A DNA stretch of 60,734 nt, taken from assembly GCA_964545695.1 (NCBI GenBank), contig CAZJGZ010000001.1, positions 13,953-74,686 on the forward strand. Direction: 5' to 3'. This document shows positions 1 to 14,339 of the stretch, in pieces. The notes beneath the pieces are model-generated. The model was given only the letters and a program-made list of their open reading frames with translations, was not told the DNA's origin and did not search any database. The stretch is from an uncultured Ectothiorhodospiraceae bacterium (GTDB lineage: Bacteria; Pseudomonadota; Gammaproteobacteria; XJ16; Halofilaceae). The translations under genes and the position numbers were made by a program. The number at the start of each line of letters is the position of its first letter. The first letter of the stretch is position 1.

Positions 1-858
1 TCCGAGCTCGAATGGGCGCGGACCAACCCCAAGGGCCGCCAGACCAAGAACAAGGCCCGCCTCAACCGCATCGAAGAGCTGCAGCGCGCCGAGTTCCAGA
101 AACGCGCCGAGACCAACGAGATCTACATCCCGCCGGGCCCGCGACTCGGCGACAAGGTGATCGAGGCCGAGGGCCTGTCGAAGCAGTTCCGCGATCGCGA
201 GCTCTATCAGGGCATGTCATTCCGCGTGCCCAAGGGCGCGCTGCTCGGCGTGATCGGCCCCAACGGCGCGGGCAAGACGACCCTGCTGCGCATGATCACC
301 GGCGAGGAACAGCCCGACGCCGGCACGCTGGAGATCGGCGACACCGTCGAGGTGTCCTACGTCGACCAGAGCCGCGACGACCTGGCCGGCGACAGAACCG
401 TCTGGGAAGAGATTTCCGACGGCCACGACTACCTCGAAGTGGGCAACTGGCAGGTGCAGTCGCGGGCCTACTGCGGCCGCTTCAATTTCAAGGGGCCGGA
501 TCAGCAGAAAAAGGTCAAGGATCTGTCCGGCGGTGAGCGCAACCGACTGCATCTGGCCAAGCTGCTCAAGAGCGGCGGCAACCTGCTGCTGCTCGATGAG
601 CCAACCAACGACCTCGATGTCGAGACGCTGCGGGCGCTGGAGGAAGCGCTGATGAATTTCCCCGGCAGCGCCGTGGTGGTGTCGCATGACCGCTGGTTCC
701 TCGACCGCATCTGCACGCACACGCTGGCCTTCGAGGAAGATGGTCAGGTGTTCTATTTCGAGGGCAGCTACAGCGAGTACGAAGAGGACCGCAAGCGCCG
801 TCTGGGCAGTGACGCGGAGCAACCGCATCGACCCAAGTTCAAGCGCCTCGACCGCTGA
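1..858 (+). CDS. ettA: Energy-dependent translational throttle protein EttA (ABC-F), 5'-truncated by the window edge
   Basis: Frame is open from base 1 ([21 protein letters not shown]...[14 protein letters not shown]). Second ABC domain has [28 protein letters not shown] and [11 protein letters not shown]. Confidence 0.95.
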   Translation, partial: SELEWARTNPKGRQTKNKARLNRIEELQRAEFQKRAETNEIYIPPGPRLGDKVIEAEGLSKQFRDRELYQGMSFRVPKGALLGVIGPNGAGKTTLLRMITGEEQPDAGTLEIGDTVEVSYVDQSRDDLAGDRTVWEEISDGHDYLEVGNWQVQSRAYCGRFNFKGPDQQKKVKDLSGGERNRLHLAKLLKSGGNLLLLDEPTNDLDVETLRALEEALMNFPGSAVVVSHDRWFLDRICTHTLAFEEDGQVFYFEGSYSEYEEDRKRRLGSDAEQPHRPKFKRLDR

Positions 859-865
859 CCCAGCC

Positions 866-1411
866 GTGGTCGGGACCGACGCGGTCACCATTGCACTGAT
901 CGCGGATACCCATGGCTACCTCGACCCGCGCGTGGCCGAGGTGGCAGCAGGGTGCGATCGGGCTGTCCACGCCGGGGACGTGGGTGGCGATCACATCCTC
1001 GCCGCGCTCGACCACGACGGGGCGCCGGCACTCGCGGTTGCCGGCAATAACGATACGCCCCGGCACTGGCCCGAGGACGATCAGAGCCGCCTTGCCGACC
1101 TGCCACCGGAGGTCGAGCTGGCACTCCCGGGTGGCCGACTGGTGGTCGTCCACGGCCACCAGTGGCCTGCACGTGCCCGCCATGCCCGCATGCGCGGGCG
1201 CTGGCCGACGGCAGCGGCCATTGTCTGCGGTCACAGCCATCGGCGCATGATCGACACGGAGACTGCCCCATGGGTCCTCAACCCCGGCGCGGCGGGTCGC
1301 AGTCGCGCCTATGGCGGCCCCTCCTGCCTGGTCCTCCGCGCCGCGGGAGCCGGCTGGCAGATCACGGAACACCGTTTCGAACCACTGCGCAACAGCCGCA
1401 CGCGGCGGTAG
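866..1411 (+). CDS. YfcE/MJ0936-family metallophosphoesterase
   Basis: Motifs ADTHG, HAGD, GNND, HGH, GHSH, NPG. GTG start at 866 chosen just after the ettA stop; the track ORF from 686 is over-extended. Confidence 0.85.
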   Translation: MVGTDAVTIALIADTHGYLDPRVAEVAAGCDRAVHAGDVGGDHILAALDHDGAPALAVAGNNDTPRHWPEDDQSRLADLPPEVELALPGGRLVVVHGHQWPARARHARMRGRWPTAAAIVCGHSHRRMIDTETAPWVLNPGAAGRSRAYGGPSCLVLRAAGAGWQITEHRFEPLRNSRTRR

Positions 1412-1482
1412 GCGCACGCATGCCACGATGGATGGCAGCGCTCTGCTATCCTGCCGACGGACCCTTCGACGGAGCCCGATGA

Positions 1483-2067
1483 ATGGACGAAAGTGTGCGC
1501 AAGGCGATGGCCAAGTGGCCCGACGTGCCGGCGCTGTATGGCTGGCTGCGCCTCGATGCCACAGGTCGCTGGTACGTCAGGGACGAACTGATCACCCATC
1601 GCGGGCTGATCGAGTACATCGGCCGCAACTACGAGTGTGACGAGGCCGGGCGCTGGTTCTTCCAGAACGGCCCGCAGCGGGGCTACGTCCATCTCGACTA
1701 CACACCGTGGATTCTTCATGTCGACAGCAGCGGCGAATTGCGCAATCACGTGGGCGCGGCGGTTATCCCGAATTCCCTGGCGGCCGTCGACGATGAGGGC
1801 AACCTGCTGATCGATACCGAACACGGCATCGGGATGGTCGATCCGGACTCGCTGCCAACGGTCATCGAGGGCCTGACCGACAGCGCCGGCAACCCGGCCA
1901 GCGAGGAAGCGCTCGCCGCAGTGATGGCGGGTGATGCCAGCGGTGATCTCCACCTGGCGCTGGGCGACCAGCGGCTGCCGATGGTGCGCATCCCGCGCGC
2001 CGAGGTACCCGGTCGCTTCGGCTTTGTCAGCGATCCGCAACCGGAAGAAAGCGCGACAACGTCATGA
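1483..2067 (+). CDS. DUF2946-like conserved hypothetical protein
   Basis: N-terminus MDESVRKAMAKWPDVPALYGWLRLDATGRW and WFFQNGPQRGYV match my recollection of DUF2946. Confidence 0.75.
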   Translation: MDESVRKAMAKWPDVPALYGWLRLDATGRWYVRDELITHRGLIEYIGRNYECDEAGRWFFQNGPQRGYVHLDYTPWILHVDSSGELRNHVGAAVIPNSLAAVDDEGNLLIDTEHGIGMVDPDSLPTVIEGLTDSAGNPASEEALAAVMAGDASGDLHLALGDQRLPMVRIPRAEVPGRFGFVSDPQPEESATTS

Positions 2068-2411
2068 GCGTGATTGAGGAATCGCGGCGCGAACGCAGCG
2101 CGCGGCTGTTGACTGTGGTGGTTTACGGCCTGCAGCTTGGCACTTTCATCATTCCCGTCATTCCCCCGCTCATTGGCGTTATCATCAATCACGTCAAGCT
2201 GCGCGACTGCCGCGGCATGATCTACGAATCGCATTTCCGCTGGCAGATCCGCACCTTCTGGTGGACGGTGCTGTGGACCCTGATCGGCAGCGCACTGATC
2301 CAGATGGGGCCGCTCGGGGGGCTGATCCTGATCGGCTTGTTCATCTGGTACCTCTACCGCATCGTTCGCGGCTTCATTGCATGGACCGAAGAGCGGCCAA
2401 TGTACGCCTGA
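2064..2411 (+). CDS. DUF4870-like small membrane protein
   Basis: Hydrophobic segments, SHFRWQIRTFWW motif, ATGA overlap with the upstream gene. Confidence 0.75.
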   Translation: MSVIEESRRERSARLLTVVVYGLQLGTFIIPVIPPLIGVIINHVKLRDCRGMIYESHFRWQIRTFWWTVLWTLIGSALIQMGPLGGLILIGLFIWYLYRIVRGFIAWTEERPMYA

Positions 2412-2468
2412 CACGGCGGGAGGCCCTGCAGGCGCCTCGCCTCATCGGATCCGGTCCGGGTCACGCGG

Positions 2469-2930
2469 TCACAGGATGTCGGCATCGAGTCCGGCCGCCA
2501 TGTACATGCCCAGTTCCTGCACCTGCTCGACGAAGGCCTCGTCCCATTCGCCCTGACAGATCAGTGGCTCCTGCACGGGCTTCCAGCGCAGGCCCGTGCA
2601 AATGCTCTCGATCGCGCGGCGGGTACCGGTGCCATCCATGCCGGCGCGAATGTACACCGCGTACGGCATACCCTCGGTCTGTTCGATCACCGAGTAATAC
2701 GTTCGGTCGAAGAAATCCTTGAGCGCACCGCTCATGTAACCGAGGTTTTCGGTCGTACCCAGAATGATCCCGTCGGCGGCAAGCACATCCCGGGGGCCGG
2801 CCTCGAGCGGGCGAACATGGTGCGCCGCGACGTTGTCGATGTCCTCATGGCGCGCCCCCGCAAGCGCCGCGTGCGCCAGACGCTGGGTATTGGGTGAAGG
2901 ATCATGCGCCACAATCAGCAACTGCTTCAC
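2469..2930 (-). CDS. Flavodoxin-like / WrbA-type FMN-binding protein
   Basis: SPNTQRLA phosphate loop, ADGIILGTTENLGYMSGALKDFFDR, AGMDGTG. Confidence 0.85.
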   Translation of the reverse strand: MKQLLIVAHDPSPNTQRLAHAALAGARHEDIDNVAAHHVRPLEAGPRDVLAADGIILGTTENLGYMSGALKDFFDRTYYSVIEQTEGMPYAVYIRAGMDGTGTRRAIESICTGLRWKPVQEPLICQGEWDEAFVEQVQELGMYMAAGLDADIL

Positions 2931-3054
2931 TGGAACGCCTCCGGTTCGGGATCAGGGCATTGCCCAAGAAGGGCCGCGCACTTCGATTGATTCCTGCACC
3001 GCCTTGCCCCTATGGTACCGCTGCACAATGGCCATCCTGGCCTTGTTCAGGCAC

Positions 3055-3083
3055 GGGCCATGAAAATGCGATTATCATGGCCC
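3055..3083. promoter_or_regulatory. Inverted repeat, candidate operator in divergent promoter region
   Basis: GGGCCATGA-N11-TCATGGCCC with perfect 9-bp arms and an AT-rich centre. Confidence 0.4.
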
Positions 3084-3787
3084 TGGCAGCCTGTCGGACC
3101 ACCCGCTGGACCTGCAGCGCATGAGCGAGATTCTCCCCATGGCCTTTTCCGTGCTCCAGACATTCGCCGCACTGCTCGGAGTGGCAGGCGCGCTTGCTGC
3201 AGTGACCATCCGCTGGTTGCACACAGACTATCGCTGGCACGTCATGGCCGGCAACCTCGCCCTGATCGGCTTTGCCCTGCTTGGCTTGAGCTGGCTCGGC
3301 GTGGGCATTGCACGCGAGAGCATGCCCCTCGCGCTGGCCGGACTCCTGACGCTCTATCCCGCCTGGTCAGGATGGCGCCATGCACGTCGCCATGGCCACA
3401 TGATCCCGCTGCCGGATCGCCTCGCCGCCTGGTTGCTGCTGTTGCTCGGACTGGGGCTCTTCGCGTATGGAACGCGGGTGATCGTGGCGGACGGTGCGCT
3501 GATCGACGGATTCGTTCACTTCGGGTTCGGCATGGTGGCCATGGTTCTGGGCGGCCTCGATGTCCGTGGTCTGCGCGCCGACGAGGGGCGCGACCGCTCA
3601 CGGATCGTGAATCATCTCGGCATGATGCTCACCGCAAGTTTCGCCGCCGTGACCAGCCTGGCCGTGACGCTTGCCCCCAGCCAGCTCGCCCTTGTCACGA
3701 CCATCGCCACGCTGTTTCTTGTCGTGCACTTGATCGTGTACTGGTCGAGCCGCGTGCTCACCGAGGGCGTGCCTGATGACGGCCCCG

Positions 3788-7640
<3,853 letters not shown>

Positions 7641-7650
7641 ACCCGTGCGC

Positions 7651-10600
7651 TCAGGCGCCGGCCATGTCGGCCGCTTCCTGAACATCGACGGCCACCAGCC
7701 TCGATACCCCGGCCTCGCGCATGGTGACACCCGTCAGTTGGTGTGTGAGTTCCATGGTCTGCTTGTTATGCGTGATGAAGATGAACTGCACACGCTCGGA
7801 CATTTCACGAACGAGTTCACAGTACCGCCCGACGTTGGCATCGTCCAGCGGTGCATCGACCTCATCGAGCAGACAAAATGGCGCCGGGTTGAGCTCGAAG
7901 AAGGCGAACACCAGCGCCACGGCGGTCAGGGCCTTTTCCCCGCCGGACAGCAGATGGATATTGGCCACCCGCTTGCCGGGCGGGCGCGCCATGATGCTCA
8001 CGCCGGTGGACAGGAGATCGTCACCGGTCATCTCCAGATGCGCGGAGCCACCACCGAACAGGCGCGGGAACAGGGCCTGGAGCCGGGTATTGACCTGTTC
8101 GAAGGTCTGCTTGAAGCGCGACCGCGTCTCGCGATCGATGCGCTCGATGGCCTTCTCCAGCGTCTCCAGCGCCTGTGAGACGTCCTCGTGCTGGGCATCG
8201 AGGTATTCCTTGCGCTGGGTCTCTTCGGCATGCTCGTCAATGGCCGCGAGGTTGACCGGGCCGAGGCGGTCGATCCGGCGGGCCAGCTCATCCACCTGCT
8301 GCTGCCAGGCCTCGGCGGTGGCGTCGGCATCGAGGCCATCGAGCAACGGCTGCACTTCCAGGCCGAGCTCGGTCAGCTGTTCCTCGACCGTCTGTCGCCG
8401 CACACGGGTTTCCTGCACGGCCATCTGCTCGCTGGAGACCTGCTCGCGAATGCTGCCGGCACGTCGTTCACACTCGCTGCGTTTCTGCTCCATTTCGCGC
8501 ATTTCCTGCTCGATGCGCTCGACCTCGCTGCGCGCGGCAGCCATTTCCTGCTCGACGGCGAGACGCTGTTGCACCTTGTCCTCGAGCTCCGCTTCCAGAT
8601 CGGCAATCGGTTGATCCGCCCCTTCCAGGGTCTGGTCGAGCTCCTCGCAGCGTTTGCGCAGCTGCTCGAGGCGCTGCTCCATGCGCTCGAGGTTCTGTGC
8701 CGTAGCCGCACGCGAGCTGCGGGTGGACTCCACGCGCAATTCGATGCGGTGGCCCGCGTCGCGCTGTTCCCGCGCCTGGCGCCGGGCCGCCTCGAGGTCG
8801 CTGGCCAGCTGTTCCCGCCGTGCCTGCAGGCGCGTACGCTCCTGATCGAATTCCTCGCTCTGCTCCATGGCGGCGTTGCGCGCGTGGCGCGCGGCCTCCA
8901 TTTCCGCCTCTTCGCGAGCCACCTGTTCGCGCAGCTCCCGCACCTCCTCGTCGATGCGCGCCTTGCGCTGCACGGTCTGTTCCAGTTCGCCGCGCCGCGC
9001 CTGCAGCCGTGACGTCACCTCACTGTGCTCACGGTGGGCGCGATTCAGCGCCTGCTGGGTTTCTTCGCGCGTACGCTCGAGCCCGCGCACGTTCTCGGTG
9101 GCCGCTGTCAGCCCCGCCTCGGCCGTCTCGACGCGCTCTTCGGCCGCCGCGGCTTCCTCGCGCGTGCGCACCAGTTCGCGCTCGCGCGCGATGACCCCGG
9201 CATCATCGTCCTGCGGCCGCGCCACTCGCACCCAGTTGCGTCCGACCTGGATACCGGCCGGGGTCACCAGCGATTCGCCCGCGGCCAGCTCGGCGCGTGT
9301 GGCGAGCGCCGCGTGCGTGTCGGCGACCACGCGCACCGAACCCAGCAGTGATGTCAGCGGTACCGGCGCGGAGACGAGGTCGCTCAGGCGATCGCCGCCG
9401 CCGGTCGGTGGTTCGCCTTCGGCGCGCGCATCGACCACCGCCACCTGCCCCGAAGTCAGCTCGTCCAGCACGCCGGCGAGGCTGTCGACGTCATCGACGC
9501 AGACGGCCTCCAGCGCCGGGCCCAGCACCACCTCGACGGCCCGCTCCCAGCCGGCCTCGACGCGGATTTGCTGCGCCAGGCGCGGATTGTCATTGACTCC
9601 GGCCTGTTCCAGCCAGGACACGACTGCCTCGTCCGACTGCCCCATCGCAGCCTGCTGAAGTGCCTCCAGGGATGCCAGACGCCCGCGCAGGGCCTGCACC
9701 GACTCGCGCGCGGCATCGAGCTCGCCTTGTGCCGTGGCCTGCTCCTCGCGGGCTGTCTTCAGCGCTTCCGCATTGGCGTCGAGGTCGCCCTGCAGGCGAG
9801 CGGTGTCGGCCGCCGCCTGTTCATCACTGGCCGACAACTCGCGGATCGCGGTTTCGATGCGCTCGGGATCCAGTTCACCGGCTTCGGTTTCAAGGCGCTG
9901 AATGCGGCCTCGAACTTCCTGCAGGTGCTTCTCCAGCTGTTCCATGCGCGAGCGCTGCACCTGCGCGGTCTGGGCCGGCTCCGCGGCGCGTGCCTGGAAG
10001 GCATCCCACTCCTGCTGCCATTGCTCCATGGCCTGCTCGGCCCGCGCCAACTCCTCGGCGGCCCGGGTCTGCACGGCTTCGACCTGTTCCTGCTCAGGCT
10101 GATCGGCAGCGAGTGAATCATCGAGCTCCTGCAACCGCTTGCGGTCGGCCTCGATGTGTTCGGCGGTCTCGCCGAACTCCTTGCCCGCCTGCTCGCGTTC
10201 GTCATGGGCGCGCTGACGTGATTCCTTGCTGTACTGGATCTTCTGCTCGGTCGAGGAGATCTCGGCGCCGATCCGGTAGTAGCGCCCCTGTACCTGGTTG
10301 AACGCCTCGGTCGCCCCCTGGTGCCCTTCGCGGGCCGACTCGAGACCGGACTCGGCGTTGCGTTGCTCGGCAATCACCTCTTCCAGCCGCGTCTGCTCGG
10401 CATGGAGCCCGCGTTCGCGCCGCTCCAGTTCCTGATTCATGTCGCGCCAGCGCAGGGCCAGCAGTTCCGCCTGCGCCTGACGCTCCTGCGCCTTGAGCTC
10501 GCGGTACTTCTCGGCCGTGCGTTTCTGGCGGGCGAGATGCTCCAGGTGCTTGCCGACCTCGTCGCGCAGATCGTCAAGGCGTTCCAGATTTTCACGCGTG

Positions 10601-11157
10601 TGGCGGATGCGGTTTTCCGTCTCGCGCCGCCGCTCCTTGTACTTGGAGATACCGGCCGCCTCTTCGAGGTAGACCCGCATGTCCTCCGGCTTGGCCTCGA
10701 TCAGCCGCGAGATCATGCCCTGTTCGATGATGGCGTAGCTGCGCGGGCCGAGGCCGGTACCGAGGAAGATATCGGTGATGTCGCGGCGTCGGCAGCGGGT
10801 GCCGTTGAGATAGTACTGCGAGGCACCGTCACGATTGACCAGCCGGCGCACCGAGATCTCGTTGTACTGGGCGTATTCACCGCCGAGCGAGCCGTCGGAA
10901 TTGTCGAACACGAGTTCGACCGATGCCTGACCCACGGGCTTGCGGGCACTGGAGCCGTTGAAGATGACGTCATCCATGGTGCCGCCACGCAGGTGCTTCG
11001 CGGAGCTCTCGCCCATCACCCAGCGCACGGCGTCGATGACGTTCGACTTGCCGCAGCCGTTGGGACCGACGATACCCACGAGATTGCTGGGGAACGGGAC
11101 CGTCGTCGGATCGACGAAGGACTTGAAACCGGCGAGCTTGATCTTGCTCAGGCGCAT
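7651..11157 (-). CDS. smc: Chromosome segregation protein SMC
   Basis: [14 protein letters not shown] Walker A, coiled coils and hinge, [18 protein letters not shown]. Confidence 0.98.
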   Translation of the reverse strand: MRLSKIKLAGFKSFVDPTTVPFPSNLVGIVGPNGCGKSNVIDAVRWVMGESSAKHLRGGTMDDVIFNGSSARKPVGQASVELVFDNSDGSLGGEYAQYNEISVRRLVNRDGASQYYLNGTRCRRRDITDIFLGTGLGPRSYAIIEQGMISRLIEAKPEDMRVYLEEAAGISKYKERRRETENRIRHTRENLERLDDLRDEVGKHLEHLARQKRTAEKYRELKAQERQAQAELLALRWRDMNQELERRERGLHAEQTRLEEVIAEQRNAESGLESAREGHQGATEAFNQVQGRYYRIGAEISSTEQKIQYSKESRQRAHDEREQAGKEFGETAEHIEADRKRLQELDDSLAADQPEQEQVEAVQTRAAEELARAEQAMEQWQQEWDAFQARAAEPAQTAQVQRSRMEQLEKHLQEVRGRIQRLETEAGELDPERIETAIRELSASDEQAAADTARLQGDLDANAEALKTAREEQATAQGELDAARESVQALRGRLASLEALQQAAMGQSDEAVVSWLEQAGVNDNPRLAQQIRVEAGWERAVEVVLGPALEAVCVDDVDSLAGVLDELTSGQVAVVDARAEGEPPTGGGDRLSDLVSAPVPLTSLLGSVRVVADTHAALATRAELAAGESLVTPAGIQVGRNWVRVARPQDDDAGVIARERELVRTREEAAAAEERVETAEAGLTAATENVRGLERTREETQQALNRAHREHSEVTSRLQARRGELEQTVQRKARIDEEVRELREQVAREEAEMEAARHARNAAMEQSEEFDQERTRLQARREQLASDLEAARRQAREQRDAGHRIELRVESTRSSRAATAQNLERMEQRLEQLRKRCEELDQTLEGADQPIADLEAELEDKVQQRLAVEQEMAAARSEVERIEQEMREMEQKRSECERRAGSIREQVSSEQMAVQETRVRRQTVEEQLTELGLEVQPLLDGLDADATAEAWQQQVDELARRIDRLGPVNLAAIDEHAEETQRKEYLDAQHEDVSQALETLEKAIERIDRETRSRFKQTFEQVNTRLQALFPRLFGGGSAHLEMTGDDLLSTGVSIMARPPGKRVANIHLLSGGEKALTAVALVFAFFELNPAPFCLLDEVDAPLDDANVGRYCELVREMSERVQFIFITHNKQTMELTHQLTGVTMREAGVSRLVAVDVQEAADMAGA

Positions 11158-11311
11158 AAGCGGCGCGATCCTTGCGTCAGTGGCAGCCGCGCGGGCACCA
11201 CCGACGGGTGGGGCATGGAAAACCGTTGATTATTGCCTGCGAGACCACTGCACGGCAAGATACGATCCCGCGCCGGCGTCCGCCGCGCACGCCATCATCA
11301 CCGGAGAACTG

Positions 11312-11701
11312 ATGTCCACTGAGCCCAGTCGCATCCTCGAGACCTTCGACAACCCGCGTCCGGGGCGCGATTACACCATTCGCATGACGCTGCCGGAGTT
11401 CACCTGTCTGTGTCCGAAGACCGGCCAGCCCGATTTCGCCACCCTGGAGCTGGAGTACGTTCCCGACGCCCTGTGCCTGGAGCTCAAGGCGCTGAAGCTG
11501 TACATCTGGTCGTTTCGCGACGAAGGTCATTTCCACGAAGACGTCACCAATCGCATTCTCGACGACATGGTCGCGGCCTGCCAGCCACGGTTCCTGCGCC
11601 TGACCGGCGAGTTCAACGTGCGCGGTGGCATCTGGACCACGGTCGTCGCCGAGCACCGCCAGGAAGGCTGGCTCGCGCCCGAACCCGTCGATCTGCCGTG
11701 A
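11312..11701 (+). CDS. queF: NADPH-dependent preQ0 reductase QueF (short unimodular type)
   Basis: [26 protein letters not shown] and RGG motifs; GGAG RBS before ATG 11312. Confidence 0.95.
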   Translation: MSTEPSRILETFDNPRPGRDYTIRMTLPEFTCLCPKTGQPDFATLELEYVPDALCLELKALKLYIWSFRDEGHFHEDVTNRILDDMVAACQPRFLRLTGEFNVRGGIWTTVVAEHRQEGWLAPEPVDLP

Positions 11702-11717
11702 CCGGATCGGCACCCCG

Positions 11718-12836
11718 ATGACGGTCGCGATCGTGATTGCCACGCGCAAGGGCCTGTTCCTGGCGCGCAGCGAGGACCGGCGGTCCTGGTACCTGGATGG
11801 CCCGCACATCGCCGGTTACGAGATCCAGAGCGCCTGGCTCGACCCGCGCGATGCGCGCCGTGGTTATGCCGCGGCACACCATCCGGTGTGGGGCGTGCAT
11901 ATCTACACCACGCGCGACAGCGGCCACAGCTGGCACCCACTCACCGAGATCCCGCGCCATGGCGAGGGCGAGGACCCCGCCAGCATCAAGACCATCTGGT
12001 GCCTCGCCCCCGGGGCCACGGCCGATCCGGACCACCTGCTCGCCGGGATCGAACCGCCGGGGCTGTTCGAATCCAGGGACGGCGCAGCGAGCTGGCAGGC
12101 GCTGCCCGCGCTCGCGGACCATCCGACGGCGTCGCTCTGGCATCCGGCCAAGGGCGGCCTCGCCCTCCACTCGGTGATGGTCGACCCCGCGGACCCGGGG
12201 CGCATCTATTGCGCCCTGTGCGCGGGCGGCTGCTATCGCTCAACGGACGGTGGCGCCAGCTGGACACCCATCAACACCGGCGTGCGTGCGCCCTACCTGG
12301 CCGATCCTTATCCGGTCGCCGGGCATAATGAGCATCGCCTGTTGATGCATCCCCGAAACCCGCAGCGGCTCTACCGTCAGAGCCACGTCGGCACCTGGCG
12401 CAGCGATGACGCCGGCGATTCCTGGACCGAGATCACGACCGGGCTGCCGAGCGATTTCGGCTACGCTCTGGCCACCGATGCCGCCGATCCGGACACCCTG
12501 TTCACCATCCCCGAGTCCTCCACGCAGATGCGGTTCCCGGTGGATGGTCGCCTGCGCGTGTACCGCACCCCGGATGCCGGGCGTTCCTGGGAAGCCCTGA
12601 CCACTGGCCTGCCGCAGCAGCACGTCTATACCACCACCCTGCGCGACGGCCTCGACAGCGACCATCTGGACCCGCTGGGCCTCTATTTCGGGACGTCCGG
12701 GGGGCAGATCTTCATCAGCCGTGATCGCGGTGATTCCTGGAACGAATTCGCCCGGTATCTCCCGCCGATCCTGTCGGTCAAGGCGTGCGTGGTCGAATCG
12801 ACGGGCGGCCCGCCCGCCGGGAGCCGGCAACCGTGA
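11718..12836 (+). CDS. BNR/Asp-box repeat beta-propeller protein (sialidase-like fold)
   Basis: Repeated Asp boxes (TRDSGHSW, SRDGAASW, STDGGASW, SDDAGDSW, TPDAGRSW, SRDRGDSW); no obvious signal peptide. Confidence 0.9.
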   Translation: MTVAIVIATRKGLFLARSEDRRSWYLDGPHIAGYEIQSAWLDPRDARRGYAAAHHPVWGVHIYTTRDSGHSWHPLTEIPRHGEGEDPASIKTIWCLAPGATADPDHLLAGIEPPGLFESRDGAASWQALPALADHPTASLWHPAKGGLALHSVMVDPADPGRIYCALCAGGCYRSTDGGASWTPINTGVRAPYLADPYPVAGHNEHRLLMHPRNPQRLYRQSHVGTWRSDDAGDSWTEITTGLPSDFGYALATDAADPDTLFTIPESSTQMRFPVDGRLRVYRTPDAGRSWEALTTGLPQQHVYTTTLRDGLDSDHLDPLGLYFGTSGGQIFISRDRGDSWNEFARYLPPILSVKACVVESTGGPPAGSRQP

Positions 12837-13609
12837 CGGTGGCGCTGCTCGACGCGCTGGACGCGCACTCGGGGATCGTCTGCGCAGTCGGCGCGGGTGG
12901 CAAGAAGACCACCTTGTACGCATTGGCGCAGGCGCATCCCGGGCGTGTCGGTTTTACCTGCACCGTGTTCATGGCCCGGTTTTCGCGCCGACTGCCCGGC
13001 GCACGGGTCATCACCGATGCGGATGATCCGACGCGTGAGGTCGATGCCGCGGCGCGCGAGCAGGCGCGGGTCGCGTGGGCGCGGCCGGCCGCGAAGTCCG
13101 GGCGTGTCGGTGGCGTGCCACCAACGAGCGTGGCCGCCTGCCATGCCGCGGGGCGTTTCGATGTAACCCTGGTCAAGGCGGACGGCGCTCGCATGCGGGC
13201 CATCAAGGCCCCCGCCGACGGCGAACCCGTGATCCCGGCCGAGGCGACCACGGTGCTGTTCGTGGTGTCCGCGGCCGCTTTCGGCGCCCCGCTGGACGAG
13301 GCCATCGCCCATCGTCCGGAACGCGTCTCCGCTGTAACCGGGCTCGCCGCGGGCGAACCCATCAGTGCCCGCGCCGTGGGTCGTCTACTCGCGGCCGAGG
13401 ACGGTGCCGGACAGCATGTACCGAGCGCTGCCCGGCTGATCGCCGTCATCAATGCCGTCGACGACCAGAGCCGTGCGGGCCAGGCGCGCGACGCGGCCGA
13501 GATCGCGCTGGCCGCATCACCACGGCTGGATCGGGTGGTGCTGACACGCCATGATGAACAGGCCCATGTTGTCGATATCATCGAGCGCCCGGCTCCGGAG
13601 CAAGCGTAA
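12833..13609 (+). CDS. yqeC: YqeC-family selenium-dependent hydroxylase accessory protein
   Basis: VGAGGKKTT P-loop-like motif and LVKADGARMRAIKAPADGEPVIP signature; GTGA overlap with the upstream gene. Confidence 0.8.
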   Translation: MTVALLDALDAHSGIVCAVGAGGKKTTLYALAQAHPGRVGFTCTVFMARFSRRLPGARVITDADDPTREVDAAAREQARVAWARPAAKSGRVGGVPPTSVAACHAAGRFDVTLVKADGARMRAIKAPADGEPVIPAEATTVLFVVSAAAFGAPLDEAIAHRPERVSAVTGLAAGEPISARAVGRLLAAEDGAGQHVPSAARLIAVINAVDDQSRAGQARDAAEIALAASPRLDRVVLTRHDEQAHVVDIIERPAPEQA

Positions 13610-13611
13610 TC

Positions 13612-13890
13612 ATGCCCGTCGTCACCCTGCGCATCCCGACGCCGCTGCAGCCCTACGCCGACGGCCGGCGGACCGTCACCGCCGAGGCCACCACGGTCGG
13701 CGAGCTGCTGGATACCCTGGCCACGCAGCACGAATCACTGGTCCAGCGCATCCGCGCGCGTGATGGCTCACTGCGGCCCTACGTCAATCTCTACCTGCAC
13801 AGCACGGATATCCGTGACCTCGATGGCCTGGGCACGCCGCTGGCGGCAGGCGACGAAGTGCTGGTCATGCCCTCCGTGGCCGGCGGTTGA
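13612..13890 (+). CDS. Ubiquitin-like MoaD/ThiS/CysO/SAMP1-type sulfur-carrier protein
   Basis: 92 aa with beta-grasp pattern (LRIPTPL, TVGELL, LRPYVNLY, GDEVLVMPSVAGG); ends in GG-stop. Confidence 0.93.
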   Translation: MPVVTLRIPTPLQPYADGRRTVTAEATTVGELLDTLATQHESLVQRIRARDGSLRPYVNLYLHSTDIRDLDGLGTPLAAGDEVLVMPSVAGG

Positions 13891-14339
13891 TGCAGCACCG
13901 ACCATTGCCGGTCCGCCTGCACGCGGGCAGCTGGCGCCTGCTGCGTGAACTTGCCCAGGCCGCCTGGCCCGAGGAAGCATGCGGCCTGCTGCTGCGTGCC
14001 GGCCCCATCGATCGACCCTTGCGCGCGGTCACCTGCCGCAATCTGGCGGCGGACCGACGTACGGGCTATCTCATCGACCCGGAAACCTATCTGCGCCACG
14101 AACGCGAACTGATGGCCGTGCGTGGTAACGTGGCGGGAGTCTGGCATTCGCATCCGCACGGTGACGCCCGCCCCTCGCCGCGCGACCTCGCCGATGCCTG
14201 GGCCCACTGGACCTACGTGATCGTTGGCGTCTCGGCCGCGGGGATCTCCGACTGTCGCGCGTGGGAAATCCGTGGCGGAGAATTTGTTGAAACAGCGTTG
14301 GCAACGACGCCGCCTGATCATCACGGGAGCATGCAATGA
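13890..14339 (+). CDS. JAB/MPN+ (M67) metalloprotease, Mec+-like
   Basis: PEEACGLL and JAMM motif WHSHPHGDARPSPRD; TGATG overlap with the Ubl gene. Confidence 0.93.
   Translation: MQHRPLPVRLHAGSWRLLRELAQAAWPEEACGLLLRAGPIDRPLRAVTCRNLAADRRTGYLIDPETYLRHERELMAVRGNVAGVWHSHPHGDARPSPRDLADAWAHWTYVIVGVSAAGISDCRAWEIRGGEFVETALATTPPDHHGSMQ

Noticed and set aside
11158-11311. Possible preQ1 riboswitch upstream of queF
   Set aside because: No preQ1-type stem with an A-rich tail; the region looks like a plain divergent smc/queF promoter.
13885-13895. Selenocysteine read-through of the TGA after the Ubl GG, suggested by yqeC nearby
   Set aside because: The TGA is explained by the TGATG coupling to JAB, no convincing SECIS is visible, and a free GG terminus is needed for E1 activation.
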